Assembly (NCBI GenBank): GCA_030603385.1
Contig: JAUVXW010000002.1
Coordinates: 64,001 to 128,000, forward strand
Source of the DNA: Promethearchaeota archaeon
GTDB lineage: Archaea > Asgardarchaeota > Lokiarchaeia > Sigyniarchaeales > SOKP01
Reading direction: 5' to 3'
Length of the DNA stretch: 64,000 nt
Shown one piece after another: positions 38,757-50,205 of the stretch. Each line of letters begins with the position of its first letter. Positions within the stretch are counted from its first letter, which is position 1. The notes under the pieces are model-generated. The model did not search any database and was not told the origin of the DNA. It saw nothing but the letters and a program-made list of their open reading frames with translations. The translations under genes were made by a program, and so were the position numbers.

Positions 38757-39770
38757 ATGGAGAAAATTATAGTTCTTGGGGGGAAAGGAGGAGTAGGAAA
38801 GAGTACAATAAGCGCCGCCACTGCTGTAGTCTTATCAGATCATCTTCCTGAAAAAAAAATACTTCTTATATCCTTTGATATGGCACATAACCTTACCGAT
38901 TTATTTAATTCTGAGATTGGAAATAAACTAACACCTATAACTGATAATCTTTGGGCAATTGAACCAGATCCTAATGAATATGCCAAGAAATACACAAATA
39001 ATTTAATAACTAAGATGAAAGCTTTAATGAAAGAAATGCCAATAGTGGGGTTAATTCCACAATTAGAGAAATTTATGGATACAACATTTACAGCAGATTC
39101 TATCCCACTTGCACTGAAAAATGCTATGTTTTTTCAAGAAATTTTAGATGCTGAGGGTGGACAATCTATGCAATTTGATATAATAATCGCAGATTTCCCC
39201 CCCACGGCAAATATGATTACTCTTTTTGAGATTCCCGAAGACCAAGTAAAAGTACTACTAAAGTATTCATTAAATTTTTATAATTCTATTAAAGAGGCAG
39301 TTAGAAAATTTTCTAAAATGTTTAGAACATTAATTAAGCCATTTGATAACTATGAGAAAAGAAAAGAATTAGGGAAAGAGATTTTTCAAATGTTGGTAGA
39401 TCTTGAAGAGAGAGGAGAAAGAATAACTGAATTAATTCATACGGTAGGGTCATTAAGACTTGTTTCTATTGCAGAAAAACCAAGTTTTGAAGAAATTAAA
39501 AGAGCTAGAGACTTAACTAAGAAATATATTAAACTTGAAGGAGTTCATATTAATATGATAACACCTCAATCTAAAAAATGTGATTTTTGTAATAACATTC
39601 GATCAATTCAACTTAACTACGTTGAAAAAATAAGAAATGAATTTAGTAATTTAAAGATATGGGAGTCAAATCGGCTTGAAAAAGAACCTTTTGGTTTGAA
39701 TGGACTTAAATCCTTAGCATACGAAGTCTATGGAAAATCTATAAAGGCAGAAGATATTTTAAATCCCTAA
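38757..39770 (+). CDS. ArsA/Get3-family ATPase
   Basis: GGKGGVGKST, SFDMAHNL, DFPPT, CDFC. Confidence 0.88.
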   Translation: MEKIIVLGGKGGVGKSTISAATAVVLSDHLPEKKILLISFDMAHNLTDLFNSEIGNKLTPITDNLWAIEPDPNEYAKKYTNNLITKMKALMKEMPIVGLIPQLEKFMDTTFTADSIPLALKNAMFFQEILDAEGGQSMQFDIIIADFPPTANMITLFEIPEDQVKVLLKYSLNFYNSIKEAVRKFSKMFRTLIKPFDNYEKRKELGKEIFQMLVDLEERGERITELIHTVGSLRLVSIAEKPSFEEIKRARDLTKKYIKLEGVHINMITPQSKKCDFCNNIRSIQLNYVEKIRNEFSNLKIWESNRLEKEPFGLNGLKSLAYEVYGKSIKAEDILNP

Positions 39771-39929
39771 GGTTAATAAGTACAGAAAATTTTATTAGAA
39801 ACATGAGACTTAGGATAGAATTACTGAGGTTTAATGGGTTAATTGCACCTCACAATTCTAATAGAGCTGCATGTTTTAGACACCTCAAAATGTCTATTCA
39901 CCTAATTAAAAGAACAAGGAACGATAAAA

Positions 39930-41702
39930 ATGCCTCTTTCTTCACATAAGTTCCCGCATATTGAACATAAAGTGGATTTTTGCGTTGTTGGTGGAGGTAT
40001 GGCAGGACTTGTTGCATCTATAGCTGCTGCACGGCATGGAACTAAAGTTCTTCTTATGCATGACCGTCCCGTGCTTGGTGGTAACGCTTCAAGTGAATGT
40101 CGTATTCACATCTGCGGGGCCGACCGTCATAACCGGATTCCTAACATGCGTGAGACTGGTATTCTTGAGGAGATCCGCCTCGAGAATCTGCACTGCAACC
40201 CAAATCGCAATTATTCAGTATGGGATATGGTGCTCTATGATTTAGCCGAGAGGACATCAAACTTGACAGTATTGCTGAACTGCTCATGTATGGACGCCAC
40301 ATTGGATGATAATTATATCAAGTCTATATCGGGTTGGCAAACTACATCACAGACTCGCCACACAGTGTGGGCACAGATTTTTGCTGACTGCTCAGGAGAC
40401 TCAGTACTTGCCCCTCTCACGGGAGCAGAATATCGTATGGGGCGCGAGGGACGTGATGAAACAGGTGAGACGATCGCTCCAGAAAAAGCAGACGCAGGAA
40501 CAATGGGGATGACATGCCTCTTTCAAGCTCGTGATTTCGGTACACCACAGACCTTTAAATCCCCTAAATGGGCTAATATTTATACACGGGACGAAGACCT
40601 TCCCTACGGAACCAGAGGTCACAACCATGGGGAGTGGTGGGGACTGGGATATTGGTGGGTAGAATTAGGAGGAGTTTGTCACTCCATCCATGACACGGAG
40701 CGGATGCGTCGTGATCTTTTGAAGATTGCCCTTGGGGTATGGGATCACATCAAAAACCAAGGTGATCATGGCGCGGAAAATTGGGGACTTGAATGGCTAC
40801 AATTTCTCCCAGGTAAGCGGGAAAGTCGGCGATACATCGGTGATTATGTCCTTACGCAACAAGATATCGAGGAGGGTGGTAAGTTCGATGATATAGTGGC
40901 TTATGGGGGGTGGTCGATGGATGATCATCACCCAGCGGGTTTCGAAGCAGTGAGGTTTGGTTCTCCCCCTACGATTTACCACCCGGCGCCGTCACCCTAT
41001 GGCATTCCCTATCGCTCACTCTACTCACGCAATGTGGGTAACCTGATGTTCGCGGGACGGAATGTAAGCGTGACGCATGCAGCTCTTAGTTCAACACGTG
41101 TTATGGGTACCTGCATCAGTATGGGCCAGGCTATGGGTACGGCGGTAGCAATGGCTGTGCGTCACTCGTTGACACCACGCGAAGTGAGTGAACGTGTAAA
41201 CGAACTCCAGCAACTGCTTTTGCTTGACGATTGCTACTTACCGTGGATTCCGCAGAAGTTCTCGTCCCTAACCATAAATGCAAGACTAAAGGCATCGAAT
41301 GGTGTTGATCCTGAGCCAGTGCGGGATGGGTGGAATAGACAAATTGGTGATGATCCTCACGCATGGACAGCTCGATCAGGTGACTCGATTACTTATCTGT
41401 TTGAAACACCGTCCCATGTATCAGAGGTGAAGCTTCTTCTCGACACAGCAATGGATAGAGATCTGGCGCTCAGTTTACACTACAGGGATCATGGGATGAC
41501 ACATATTCCCGAAGAAACACCTCGTAGGTTTCGCATCGACGTGATGAAAGACGGGGAATGGCACAAGTTTAGAGTAGTGGAAGGGAACTACCAGCGACAG
41601 GTGTGTGTTGGCATAGGTGAGGTGGTAGAGGGTGTACGCTATACACTTACTGAGACCCATGGTGCAGAAACATCTCGAGTATACGGATTTTATGTTCGGT
41701 AG
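39930..41702 (+). CDS. FAD-dependent oxidoreductase (FAD_oxidored family) with C-terminal beta-sandwich; high GC, probably horizontally acquired
   Basis: VVGGGMAG, LGGNASSE, DCSGD, KRESRR, IPYRSLY, STRVMGTC; abrupt GC rise confined to the gene. Confidence 0.9.
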   Translation: MPLSSHKFPHIEHKVDFCVVGGGMAGLVASIAAARHGTKVLLMHDRPVLGGNASSECRIHICGADRHNRIPNMRETGILEEIRLENLHCNPNRNYSVWDMVLYDLAERTSNLTVLLNCSCMDATLDDNYIKSISGWQTTSQTRHTVWAQIFADCSGDSVLAPLTGAEYRMGREGRDETGETIAPEKADAGTMGMTCLFQARDFGTPQTFKSPKWANIYTRDEDLPYGTRGHNHGEWWGLGYWWVELGGVCHSIHDTERMRRDLLKIALGVWDHIKNQGDHGAENWGLEWLQFLPGKRESRRYIGDYVLTQQDIEEGGKFDDIVAYGGWSMDDHHPAGFEAVRFGSPPTIYHPAPSPYGIPYRSLYSRNVGNLMFAGRNVSVTHAALSSTRVMGTCISMGQAMGTAVAMAVRHSLTPREVSERVNELQQLLLLDDCYLPWIPQKFSSLTINARLKASNGVDPEPVRDGWNRQIGDDPHAWTARSGDSITYLFETPSHVSEVKLLLDTAMDRDLALSLHYRDHGMTHIPEETPRRFRIDVMKDGEWHKFRVVEGNYQRQVCVGIGEVVEGVRYTLTETHGAETSRVYGFYVR

Positions 41703-41776
41703 GAAGTATTAATGTATAGGAAATTAAAAAAATAAAAAACAAAAATTAGAAAAACACTTTACTCAATTTTTTTAAA

Positions 41777-43045
41777 TTATGTGCCCGCTTCATATCCGTG
41801 TATATAATTATATTGCTCTTCCGTTAAAGTATCCATCTCAACGCCCATTGATTCTAATTTGAGAAATCCAACCTTGTCGTCAATGTCAATTGGAACGTCA
41901 ACCATACCTGGCTTTAACTTAGTCTTGTTTTTAATTATATACTCAGACATTAGAGATTGTAAACCAAAGGACATATCCATTACTTCACTAGGGTGCCCCT
42001 CTGATAAGACTAAATTTGCTAGACGCCCTTTTGCTAATAAATAAACCTTTTTGCCATCGGGAAACATAAGTTCTTCCACATTACTTCTAATGGGTTTAAT
42101 TTCTTGGGCGTATTCGTAAAGTTCTTTTGTTGGAATTTCGATATCGAAATGCCCTAAATTACCCAAAATAACCCCATCTTTAAGTAAGTTAAACATTTCT
42201 GTAGTAGGTGCTATAACATGTTTACAACCTGTAGCGGTCAAAATAATGTCTGCGGTTGGAAGTGCTTTAGCAATTGGCATGACATTAAATCCAGCAAATT
42301 TAGCTTGTAGCGCCTTAATTGGATCAACTTCAGTTACAGTAACATTGGCACCCAATCCTCGTGCTCTAAGTGCCATACCACTACTACAATGACCATATCC
42401 TGCAATAACAACACTCTTGCCAGCAAAAAGAACGTGCATTCCATAAATTGCGGAGACAATACCCTGACCTGTGCCTAATTCATTATCAAAATGATTTTTA
42501 CATCGAGCATCATTGACAGGGAATAGAGGTACTTTTAAAACTCCTTTTTTCTCCATAGCTTTGAATCTTTTAACACCTGTGGTGGTTTCTTCTTGACATG
42601 CGATAATGGTTCCCAATTTTATTAGATCTTCATATTCCTGATGAGCAGTAACAATCATGTCAGCACCATCATCAATTAAGATATTTGGTTTGGCATTTAA
42701 GCACTGTCTTATACACCAATAGAATTCTTCATCTGTATTACCATGCCAAGCGAAGACATTGATCCCTTCTTGTACTAATGCTGCTGCTACATCATCTTGA
42801 GTTGATAATGGATTACTACCACAGAGATATACTTCTGCTCCACCAGCCTTAAGGGTTCTAGCAAGGATACCCGTTTCTTTTGTTATATGTAAACAACCAG
42901 CGATTATTATGCCATCTAATGGTTTTTCTTTTTGAAATCTTTCACGAATAACTTTAGCGGTCACCGGCATTTTACTTTCTGCGAGGTATAAGGCTTCTTT
43001 TCCTTTCTCTGCTAAACTTTCATCTGCTACTTTATAATTTGTCAT
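41777..43045 (-). CDS. ahcY: S-adenosylhomocysteine hydrolase
   Basis: CLH, SNPLSTQD, DDGAD, EETTTG, GRLANL..GHPSEVMDMSF. Confidence 0.95.
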   Translation of the reverse strand: MTNYKVADESLAEKGKEALYLAESKMPVTAKVIRERFQKEKPLDGIIIAGCLHITKETGILARTLKAGGAEVYLCGSNPLSTQDDVAAALVQEGINVFAWHGNTDEEFYWCIRQCLNAKPNILIDDGADMIVTAHQEYEDLIKLGTIIACQEETTTGVKRFKAMEKKGVLKVPLFPVNDARCKNHFDNELGTGQGIVSAIYGMHVLFAGKSVVIAGYGHCSSGMALRARGLGANVTVTEVDPIKALQAKFAGFNVMPIAKALPTADIILTATGCKHVIAPTTEMFNLLKDGVILGNLGHFDIEIPTKELYEYAQEIKPIRSNVEELMFPDGKKVYLLAKGRLANLVLSEGHPSEVMDMSFGLQSLMSEYIIKNKTKLKPGMVDVPIDIDDKVGFLKLESMGVEMDTLTEEQYNYIHGYEAGT

Positions 43046-43164
43046 TTAATTTCACTTTTCAATTTATAAGAATAATAATTTTAATTAATTAATAAAGCTA
43101 TTTTTGGTCAAGTGCAAATATTTATATGTAAAACCTAACATTTAATTAATATTGATTAAAAAAT

Positions 43165-44139
43165 TTGCAAAATTGTACTAATATGAGTTATATTAATGAT
43201 CAAGTAGAATCCCAACGCTATATAAAAAATTTAAGTGGAAAAACCAAATTTATTGTTTCAAAAAATTCACGTGCTATAGGACTTTCTAGACAAACGTATC
43301 AAAACAAACTTGATGGTATGAGAGATCAAAAAATAATTACAAATTTTACAATAAACATTAATCCAAACATTCGCCCAAATAACTTGAAATATGTAATGCT
43401 TGAAATTAAAACCAACCCAAAAGAACCTGAATTGGTCAAAGAATTGCTTGAGATCCCCCAATTAAGAATGCTGGATGGGATAATTGGAGATTTTTCTCTA
43501 TTCGCCTTATTTATCTTCAAATCCCCTGAAGAATATTATCAGATATTAAATACAATTGATAAAATAATGGCTAAATCATATTTTAAAAAATATCAAATTA
43601 TTGAAACTATTAAGGTTTTTAAAACAAATGGGATTAATATGAAGAAGTCAGAAATATCCTTTGACATAGACGATGTCGATTATACAATTTTGAATATATT
43701 ACGTGATGGTCAAGGAATTAAACCAATATCTACATATGATATAAGAAAAATTTTTAAAGAACGACTTAAAATGGAAATTTCACAATCAACTATTCATAAC
43801 AGAATTAAAAAGCTCGAAAGACAAGGTGTAATTTTAAATTATATTGTAAATTTTAATCCAAAAAAAATAGGTTTTAAAGGAAAATATCTGCTTCGAATTA
43901 AACCAAAAGATCCGTCAAAATACAACGAACTTGCCTTTAGGTTGAGTATGAATAGAAATATTACCGATTTATTTCGAATAGGCGAACAATATGGACTATT
44001 TACTATTGTTAGAGTAAAAGAGATTGAAGATTATGCGAATTTTATCAGGGATCTATATATTTCGGAAGAAATAGAAGATACATATACGAATTTTGTGTTA
44101 GATGAGTTAATATCCTATACAAATTTCATAATTTCGTAG
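43165..44139 (+). CDS. Tandem (double) Lrp/AsnC-family transcriptional regulator
   Basis: Two HTH + RAM repeats (IGLSRQTYQNKL; ISQSTIHNRIKKLE). Confidence 0.85.
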   Translation: MQNCTNMSYINDQVESQRYIKNLSGKTKFIVSKNSRAIGLSRQTYQNKLDGMRDQKIITNFTININPNIRPNNLKYVMLEIKTNPKEPELVKELLEIPQLRMLDGIIGDFSLFALFIFKSPEEYYQILNTIDKIMAKSYFKKYQIIETIKVFKTNGINMKKSEISFDIDDVDYTILNILRDGQGIKPISTYDIRKIFKERLKMEISQSTIHNRIKKLERQGVILNYIVNFNPKKIGFKGKYLLRIKPKDPSKYNELAFRLSMNRNITDLFRIGEQYGLFTIVRVKEIEDYANFIRDLYISEEIEDTYTNFVLDELISYTNFIIS

Positions 44140-44268
44140 AGAAATAGAGATAAGACTATGATTTTTTTAAGATTTTCTACAAATTAGTATTTACTAAATT
44201 CTTAATAATTTTGGGTTATTAGAGAACTTAAAGTGAATAAATTTAATTCTACAAATTAATCCTTCTTA

Positions 44269-46359
44269 TTGAAAAGAATGAGCAATTTTTTTGAATTATT
44301 AGAAAATAGAATTGGTTTTTCAAGAATAGGACGGATGAGTTTATCTAAAGAAAAGAAGCTCTTTATAAGAACTCCAAATGTTACTATTCCAATTAAAAAT
44401 GTTTTGATGAAACAGTTTAGTTTTATACAGGAATTTGAAGATCATGAGCTATTTATTATTTCCAAAGAGATATTCTTGAAAATAGGGTTCCTTCGAGAAA
44501 AATTTAAAGATACCGGATTTGTTTTTTCACATCAAGGAACTTTAGAAAAATTTGAAAGCATTTTGCAAAGGAATTTAGAAATTTTCACAAAAGATAATAT
44601 CTTATCAATTATTCCATTCAATATCCCTACCACTACTATTGGTAGAAATTTTGCAGAGAGAGAGATTAAAAATTACCTAAATAATGCTATTAGAATATTG
44701 GAAAAATATCCAAATATTAACTTTGGGTTGTCAATAAGACTTTTCAATTATTCAGAATTAATTGATTTGTATTTTCCTGTAATTGAGGGAAATGAAAATA
44801 TTAAAGTTCTTAACCTCATTGAAATTTTTAATAATTTTGGTAATTTTAGGAAAATTATTGGTACGATAATAAAATTAAAAAGTAATTTAGATAATAATCT
44901 TGTTATAATGGCTTCTGGTAGAATCCTTCCTAAATTTTACCCTATTCTGGTTTATCTAGGTGTAGATTTAATTGATTCCACATATTTATTATATTTATCT
45001 GCAAAAAACTTCTATGATACAATAGAACATTTACTCCCAATCTACAAAGTTAAATATTTACCTTGTTCTTGTGTTGCTTGTAAAGGAAATCTAAAAGAAT
45101 TATATGGAGTAAAACATTCATCAGAGAAAATAGACTTACTTAGCTTACATAATTTGATATCGGCGAATAATTATATGATGAAAATAAAACAGTATCTTCA
45201 ATATGAGGATTATCGTGCGTTTGTTGAAAAGTCATCTCTTGACGATACGACAATAATTTCAACATTAAAAATCTTAGATAGAGAATATTTTAATCTTATT
45301 AGATACGAGACTCCAATTACTCAAAAAGACAAAAAAATTAAATGTTTGGGTCCTACATCATATGATCGACCTGATTTTAGAGAATTTAGGGGGAGAACTA
45401 TAGAAAATTTTGAACCAGAAGCATGGACTACTTTAATCGTTTTAATTCCATGCTCTGCGAAAAAACCTTATTCTAGCTCTAAATCACATAAATTATTTTA
45501 CAAAGCGATTAGAAAATTTCCGGAATTTCCCAATTTTCAAGAAATAATTATAACTTCGCCTCTTGGAGCAATTCCTAGACAGTTGGAAAATATTTATCCA
45601 GTGAAGTCATATGATATTTCTGTTACTGGTGAATGGGACAATGAAGAAAAAGAAATCACTTCAAATATGCTTACAAACCTTTTGAAAAAATATAATAAAT
45701 CAATTCCTATTATTTGTCATCTTGAAGGTGAGTATTTTGAAATTATCAAAAACCTCGAATCCAAATTACCTCATAGCTTTTTTTTCTCAGATATTAAAGG
45801 TCAACCTACTTCAAAAGAAGCTCTTGAGTCGCTTGAAAAATTAATACAACAGCACAAGAATGACTTTAAACCAAAAAAAATTCTATCTAAAGGTGATTAT
45901 TTATTAAAAACTTGGATACGAAAATTTATAAAAATATTAGATTATCAATTTGGTATAGGATCGGGAAAGAAGATAATTACTAACGATTTAGTAATAAGAA
46001 AAATTAAATCTAATTCTCAAATTGATTTAGTAGATTTTAAGACAAAGGAAAAATTGGGAACTTATAAAGACATAACAGGTCAAATAGGTTTAACCATTAC
46101 AGGATCGAAAAAATTAGCTCAAAAACCGTTTTCCATAGATTCAAATATTATAGTTTTTGATGGACAAAGCATTCGAGGAAATACCTTATTTCGAATCGGT
46201 GTTTTAGATTATAGCATAAATTTAATCCCTAATAATCATGTTATTATCATTAATAAAGAAAAAAGCAATATAATAGGTGTTGGAAAACTAATAGTTGGAA
46301 CAAATTTTATTAAAAATTCTAAAACTGGAAGAATTGTTGAAATCTATGAAAAAAGTTAG
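44269..46359 (+). CDS. arcS: Archaeosine synthase subunit alpha (ArcS/TgtA2) with PUA domain
   Basis: TGT-like N-terminus, PCSAKKPYSSSKSH, TSPLGAIPRQLE, YDISVTGEW, DYQFG. Confidence 0.88.
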   Translation: MKRMSNFFELLENRIGFSRIGRMSLSKEKKLFIRTPNVTIPIKNVLMKQFSFIQEFEDHELFIISKEIFLKIGFLREKFKDTGFVFSHQGTLEKFESILQRNLEIFTKDNILSIIPFNIPTTTIGRNFAEREIKNYLNNAIRILEKYPNINFGLSIRLFNYSELIDLYFPVIEGNENIKVLNLIEIFNNFGNFRKIIGTIIKLKSNLDNNLVIMASGRILPKFYPILVYLGVDLIDSTYLLYLSAKNFYDTIEHLLPIYKVKYLPCSCVACKGNLKELYGVKHSSEKIDLLSLHNLISANNYMMKIKQYLQYEDYRAFVEKSSLDDTTIISTLKILDREYFNLIRYETPITQKDKKIKCLGPTSYDRPDFREFRGRTIENFEPEAWTTLIVLIPCSAKKPYSSSKSHKLFYKAIRKFPEFPNFQEIIITSPLGAIPRQLENIYPVKSYDISVTGEWDNEEKEITSNMLTNLLKKYNKSIPIICHLEGEYFEIIKNLESKLPHSFFFSDIKGQPTSKEALESLEKLIQQHKNDFKPKKILSKGDYLLKTWIRKFIKILDYQFGIGSGKKIITNDLVIRKIKSNSQIDLVDFKTKEKLGTYKDITGQIGLTITGSKKLAQKPFSIDSNIIVFDGQSIRGNTLFRIGVLDYSINLIPNNHVIIINKEKSNIIGVGKLIVGTNFIKNSKTGRIVEIYEKS

Positions 46360-47446
46360 CAATCCTATTGAACATGATTTATGGTTTTTAGGGAGAATAA
46401 AGTCTATGAGGCAAAAGGCTTTAAAAAGAAGGAAAAACTTGAGTACGTTCCAATTAGAACGACCTATTAGTTTTTGGATAAAAAAAGATAGGTTAGTCAA
46501 TGAAATAGGAAAGGAATTCACCATTATTCTAAGGACAAAAGGTTGCAGTTGGGCATTAGGCGAATCTGGTGGATGTACCATGTGTGGATATATACAAGAT
46601 GCAACTATTGAAGATGTTGATCAAGACCAAATCATAAAACAATTTGATTATGCATTTAACAACAAAATTAAAGATATAACAGATGATGAAGAGAATTATA
46701 TCTTAAAAATATTCAATTCTGGAAGTTTTTTCGATGATAATGAGATATCTGATAAAATTAGAATGCATATTTATGAAAAAGTTGCAAATATTAAAAATAT
46801 AAAGGAGTTTGTTATAGAAAGTCGATTAAAATATATAAATTTTGAAAAACTTAAAGAGTTAAAAGAGAATCTTAAAAAAAAACATATAGAGATCGCAATA
46901 GGGCTTGAAACTGTAAACGATTATATCAGGAATTATTATATCAATAAAGGAATGTTATTTAATGATTTTAAAACTGTTTTGAACATGTGTAAAGAAAATG
47001 ATATCGGTGTGAAGTCCTATCTATTATTGAAACCACCATTTCTCAATGAACAAGGAGCAATTGATGATTGCATTAACTCTATTACTAATTTAATAAATTT
47101 AAAAGTAAACACAATATCAATTAATCCAGTAAATATTCAAAAAGGAACTCTATTAGAATATCTATATCTACAAAAAAGATATAGACCTCCTTGGTACTAT
47201 TCACTCTTTAAAGTCTTAAAAAAATCTGTAAATCAAGATGATTTAAAGTATGTACGAATAGTATCAGATCCATCGGGAGCAGGGACTAAAAAGGGTATTC
47301 ATAACTGCTTAAAAAGGGAATGTGAGGTCTCTGCTAAAAAAACGCTTAGAAATTTTGTACTTTCTCAAGATTTAACTACTTTAGATCAATCAGAATTTGA
47401 ATGTGAGTGTAAAAGACAATATCCATTTGAAAAACTATTTCATTGA
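46346..47446 (+). CDS. Archaeosine biosynthesis radical SAM enzyme RaSEA
   Basis: RTKGCSW..GGCTMCG, FNSGSFFD, IESR, GLET, YLLLKPP; overlaps arcS. Confidence 0.9.
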   Translation: MKKVSNPIEHDLWFLGRIKSMRQKALKRRKNLSTFQLERPISFWIKKDRLVNEIGKEFTIILRTKGCSWALGESGGCTMCGYIQDATIEDVDQDQIIKQFDYAFNNKIKDITDDEENYILKIFNSGSFFDDNEISDKIRMHIYEKVANIKNIKEFVIESRLKYINFEKLKELKENLKKKHIEIAIGLETVNDYIRNYYINKGMLFNDFKTVLNMCKENDIGVKSYLLLKPPFLNEQGAIDDCINSITNLINLKVNTISINPVNIQKGTLLEYLYLQKRYRPPWYYSLFKVLKKSVNQDDLKYVRIVSDPSGAGTKKGIHNCLKRECEVSAKKTLRNFVLSQDLTTLDQSEFECECKRQYPFEKLFH

Positions 47447-47685
47447 ATTATAATAATGTTTGTAGAAAGCCCTATATTAAGATTTTACACCATTCTCTTT
47501 GAATTCAGCAAGATAAATTTAAGTTTTGCTTAAAAAATTCATTCTAATTTGAGCTTATTTTGATTTGAGAAGACTATTGAATTCATTTATGTCTTAATTG
47601 CCATTTTTGTAAGAAAAACCATTATGTTTAAATATTACCTACCATCTTTTATTTTAATTTTCAACCCCCAAAGTAAGGGAATCTC

Positions 47686-47937
47686 TTGAAAAAAAACTGG
47701 GTTAAATTAAATCTATTCTATATTGGAAAATCTAAAAAACATCAAATCTTTAGAGCAAAACAGTGGAATAGTAACTTTGAAAAAATACTCAAACAACCTG
47801 TTTATAATGAAAAATATGAAAAAATTGGTTATATTAAGGATATATTTGGTCCAATTAACATACCTTTCATTTCAATCAAAGCCTTGCCTAACCAACTATT
47901 TGACCGCAATGTAAAGGTTTATACTAAACTAGCCTAG
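47686..47937 (+). CDS. gar1: Gar1/Naf1-like H/ACA RNP protein
   Basis: KIGYIKDIFGPINIPF; upstream of tfb as in other archaea. Confidence 0.75.
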   Translation: MKKNWVKLNLFYIGKSKKHQIFRAKQWNSNFEKILKQPVYNEKYEKIGYIKDIFGPINIPFISIKALPNQLFDRNVKVYTKLA

Positions 47938-48035
47938 TTCTCAAAAAAGTCTTTTGAAACAAACGAATAATTTTAGAAAAGAAGGTGTAATCTATTTCAA
48001 GTTGGAGAGAATTAAAACAAGAATCCGATGAAGTT

Positions 48036-48962
48036 TTGAGTATACAGACTAATCTGTGTACAGAATGCGGGAACACTATATTTTTTGATGAAAATAGAGG
48101 TTTATTAGTTTGTGAAGAATGCGGTTTAGTACATTCTGAGAAACATATTGATAGAGGTCCGGAATGGAGGGCTTTTAATGCAGATCAAAAAAAGAAGAGA
48201 ACTAGAACTGGTGCACCTATGACATATATGATACATGATAAGGGTCTTAGTACTATGATAGACTGGAGAAATAGAGATATTTTTGGTAAGGAAATACCTG
48301 CTAAATTGAGAGGTCAAATATATAGACTTCGAAAGTGGCAAAGTCGTATCAGAGTTTCTGATGCTACTGAGAGAAACCTTACATTTGCACTAAGTGAACT
48401 TGATAGAATGGCTTCAAACTTAGAGCTTCAAAAAAATTTAAGAGAATGTGCTGCAAAAATTTACCGTGATGCTGTTGAGGCTCATCTTATTCGCGGTAGA
48501 AGCATTGAGGGGGTGGCCGCTGCTAGTTTATATGCTGCATGTAGAATGTTTAAAGTACCACGTACATTAAACGAGATTGCTGAAGTAGCTCGTGTAGATA
48601 AAAAGGAGATCAGCAGATCTTTTCGATTTATTTCGAATGAACTAGAATTAAACTTAAACCCAACTAAACCAATCGATTTTCTTACTAGATTCATTTCAGA
48701 GTTAAAACTAACATCTAACTGCCAAAAAATGGCAAAAGCGATTATTAGAATGGCAGAAAGACGAGGATTAACTTCAGGAAGAGGTCCTACAGGAGTATGT
48801 GCAGCTGCAATTTATGCTTCAAGTATTTTATCAAATGAACGTAGAACTCAGAGAAGTATTGCTCGAGTTAGTTGTGTGACCGAAGTTACAGTCCGAAATC
48901 GTTTTAGTGAACTTGTAGAGAATCTAAATCTTGGCATATCTTTAAAGAGGAATAATAAATAA
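48036..48962 (+). CDS. tfb: Transcription initiation factor IIB; start may be ATT 47994
   Basis: CTECG..CEECG Zn ribbon, GPEWRAF, HDKGLST, two cyclin folds. Confidence 0.96.
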   Translation: MSIQTNLCTECGNTIFFDENRGLLVCEECGLVHSEKHIDRGPEWRAFNADQKKKRTRTGAPMTYMIHDKGLSTMIDWRNRDIFGKEIPAKLRGQIYRLRKWQSRIRVSDATERNLTFALSELDRMASNLELQKNLRECAAKIYRDAVEAHLIRGRSIEGVAAASLYAACRMFKVPRTLNEIAEVARVDKKEISRSFRFISNELELNLNPTKPIDFLTRFISELKLTSNCQKMAKAIIRMAERRGLTSGRGPTGVCAAAIYASSILSNERRTQRSIARVSCVTEVTVRNRFSELVENLNLGISLKRNNK

Positions 48963-49156
48963 AGATTAGTACTAAATAACAGTGATAGGAAAGACTTTTT
49001 CTCAAACAGTGTTTTTAATTTCTTAATTTTAAATCCAATTTATATATTAATCTTGAATTCTAAACATATTATCTTCATAATATATCATTTAATGTTATAT
49101 TATCTTCATAATTATCCTATCGATTTGATAAAATTGGTTGGTTAGGTGTTATAAAA

Positions 49157-49492
49157 TTGGGTAATATACTAAATCAAGATGAAGTTAATTACTTTTTATA
49201 TAGGGTGGAAAAAAATTTCCCTAATTTTGTAGCAGGAATTATTACAGATAAACATGGATTTCCTGTCGGTTCAAAGATTTCAAAGAAATTGTGGGTTCTA
49301 GAAAACACTCTAGCATTATCTGCTATTACAAAAAAACGCGACTTTATAGAAGATTCAAAACTGATTAAAATAAAGCGTGATTTAGATAAGAATAAAAACT
49401 ACAAGTTATTAGTTTTACTTGAGAAATCAAGAGATTACAAAAGTCGTTTAAAGCCACTGAAAAACCTAATTAAAGCACAGGAACTTTTCTAA
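49157..49492 (+). CDS. Roadblock-like protein
   Basis: AGIITDKHGFPVGS pattern. Confidence 0.55.
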   Translation: MGNILNQDEVNYFLYRVEKNFPNFVAGIITDKHGFPVGSKISKKLWVLENTLALSAITKKRDFIEDSKLIKIKRDLDKNKNYKLLVLLEKSRDYKSRLKPLKNLIKAQELF

Positions 49493-49701
49493 GGTTTAAA
49501 AATCATAGAAATTAAGAAAAACTATTTTTTATCGCGAACAGTAGAAAAACAATCAGTTTACTTAAATTTTTATACAATTAATTTCTTCTAATACTAAAAT
49601 AGGTATGAGCTAAAAATATAAAGTTAAGTTTAAATAACTATTTTTATAATCTAAAAACGACTGTTAATTAAAGATATAATAGTTAATAGGTTGACTGATA
49701 T

Positions 49702-50172
49702 TTGAGTTATTCTGAAGATGAGATTAAATTAAAGAGAATACTTAGTGCTATTATAAATAGTACTCCTGGATTAAAGTATGCGATATTAACTGATGATACA
49801 GGAATAACTATTATGAGTCAATCAAAATTTACTTTTTCTGAAAAAAATAACATTTCGGTAGAAAAAATTGGTGCGATAGGTGGAGCAGTTTTTATTGCTG
49901 GTGAGGAGCAAGGTCATATTCTAGGATATGGAAATATTTCACTACAAATTACTGAATATTTCGAAGGAATGATATTTTCAATGAAAGTTGGCAAAGGAGT
50001 ATTATGTATAAGCACTGACAAGAAAGTTCAAATAGGATTTATTATTGCTACGATGAAAAAGTGGGCTCTAAAAATCACAATGATTCTAAATCGATATTTA
50101 CAAGACGACCAAGGAGAATTGAGTAAAGAGATTAAAGAACTGTTTAGATCTGATACTGTAGGGTTATTATAA
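49702..50172 (+). CDS. Roadblock/LC7 (MglB/LAMTOR-like) protein
   Basis: PGLKYAILTDDTGITI..IGAIGGAVF..GMIFSMKVGKGVL..QIGFI. Confidence 0.8.
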   Translation: MSYSEDEIKLKRILSAIINSTPGLKYAILTDDTGITIMSQSKFTFSEKNNISVEKIGAIGGAVFIAGEEQGHILGYGNISLQITEYFEGMIFSMKVGKGVLCISTDKKVQIGFIIATMKKWALKITMILNRYLQDDQGELSKEIKELFRSDTVGLL

Positions 50173-50205
50173 CCCAATAATCTAATAAACTTATGGTGAG
50201 TCGTC

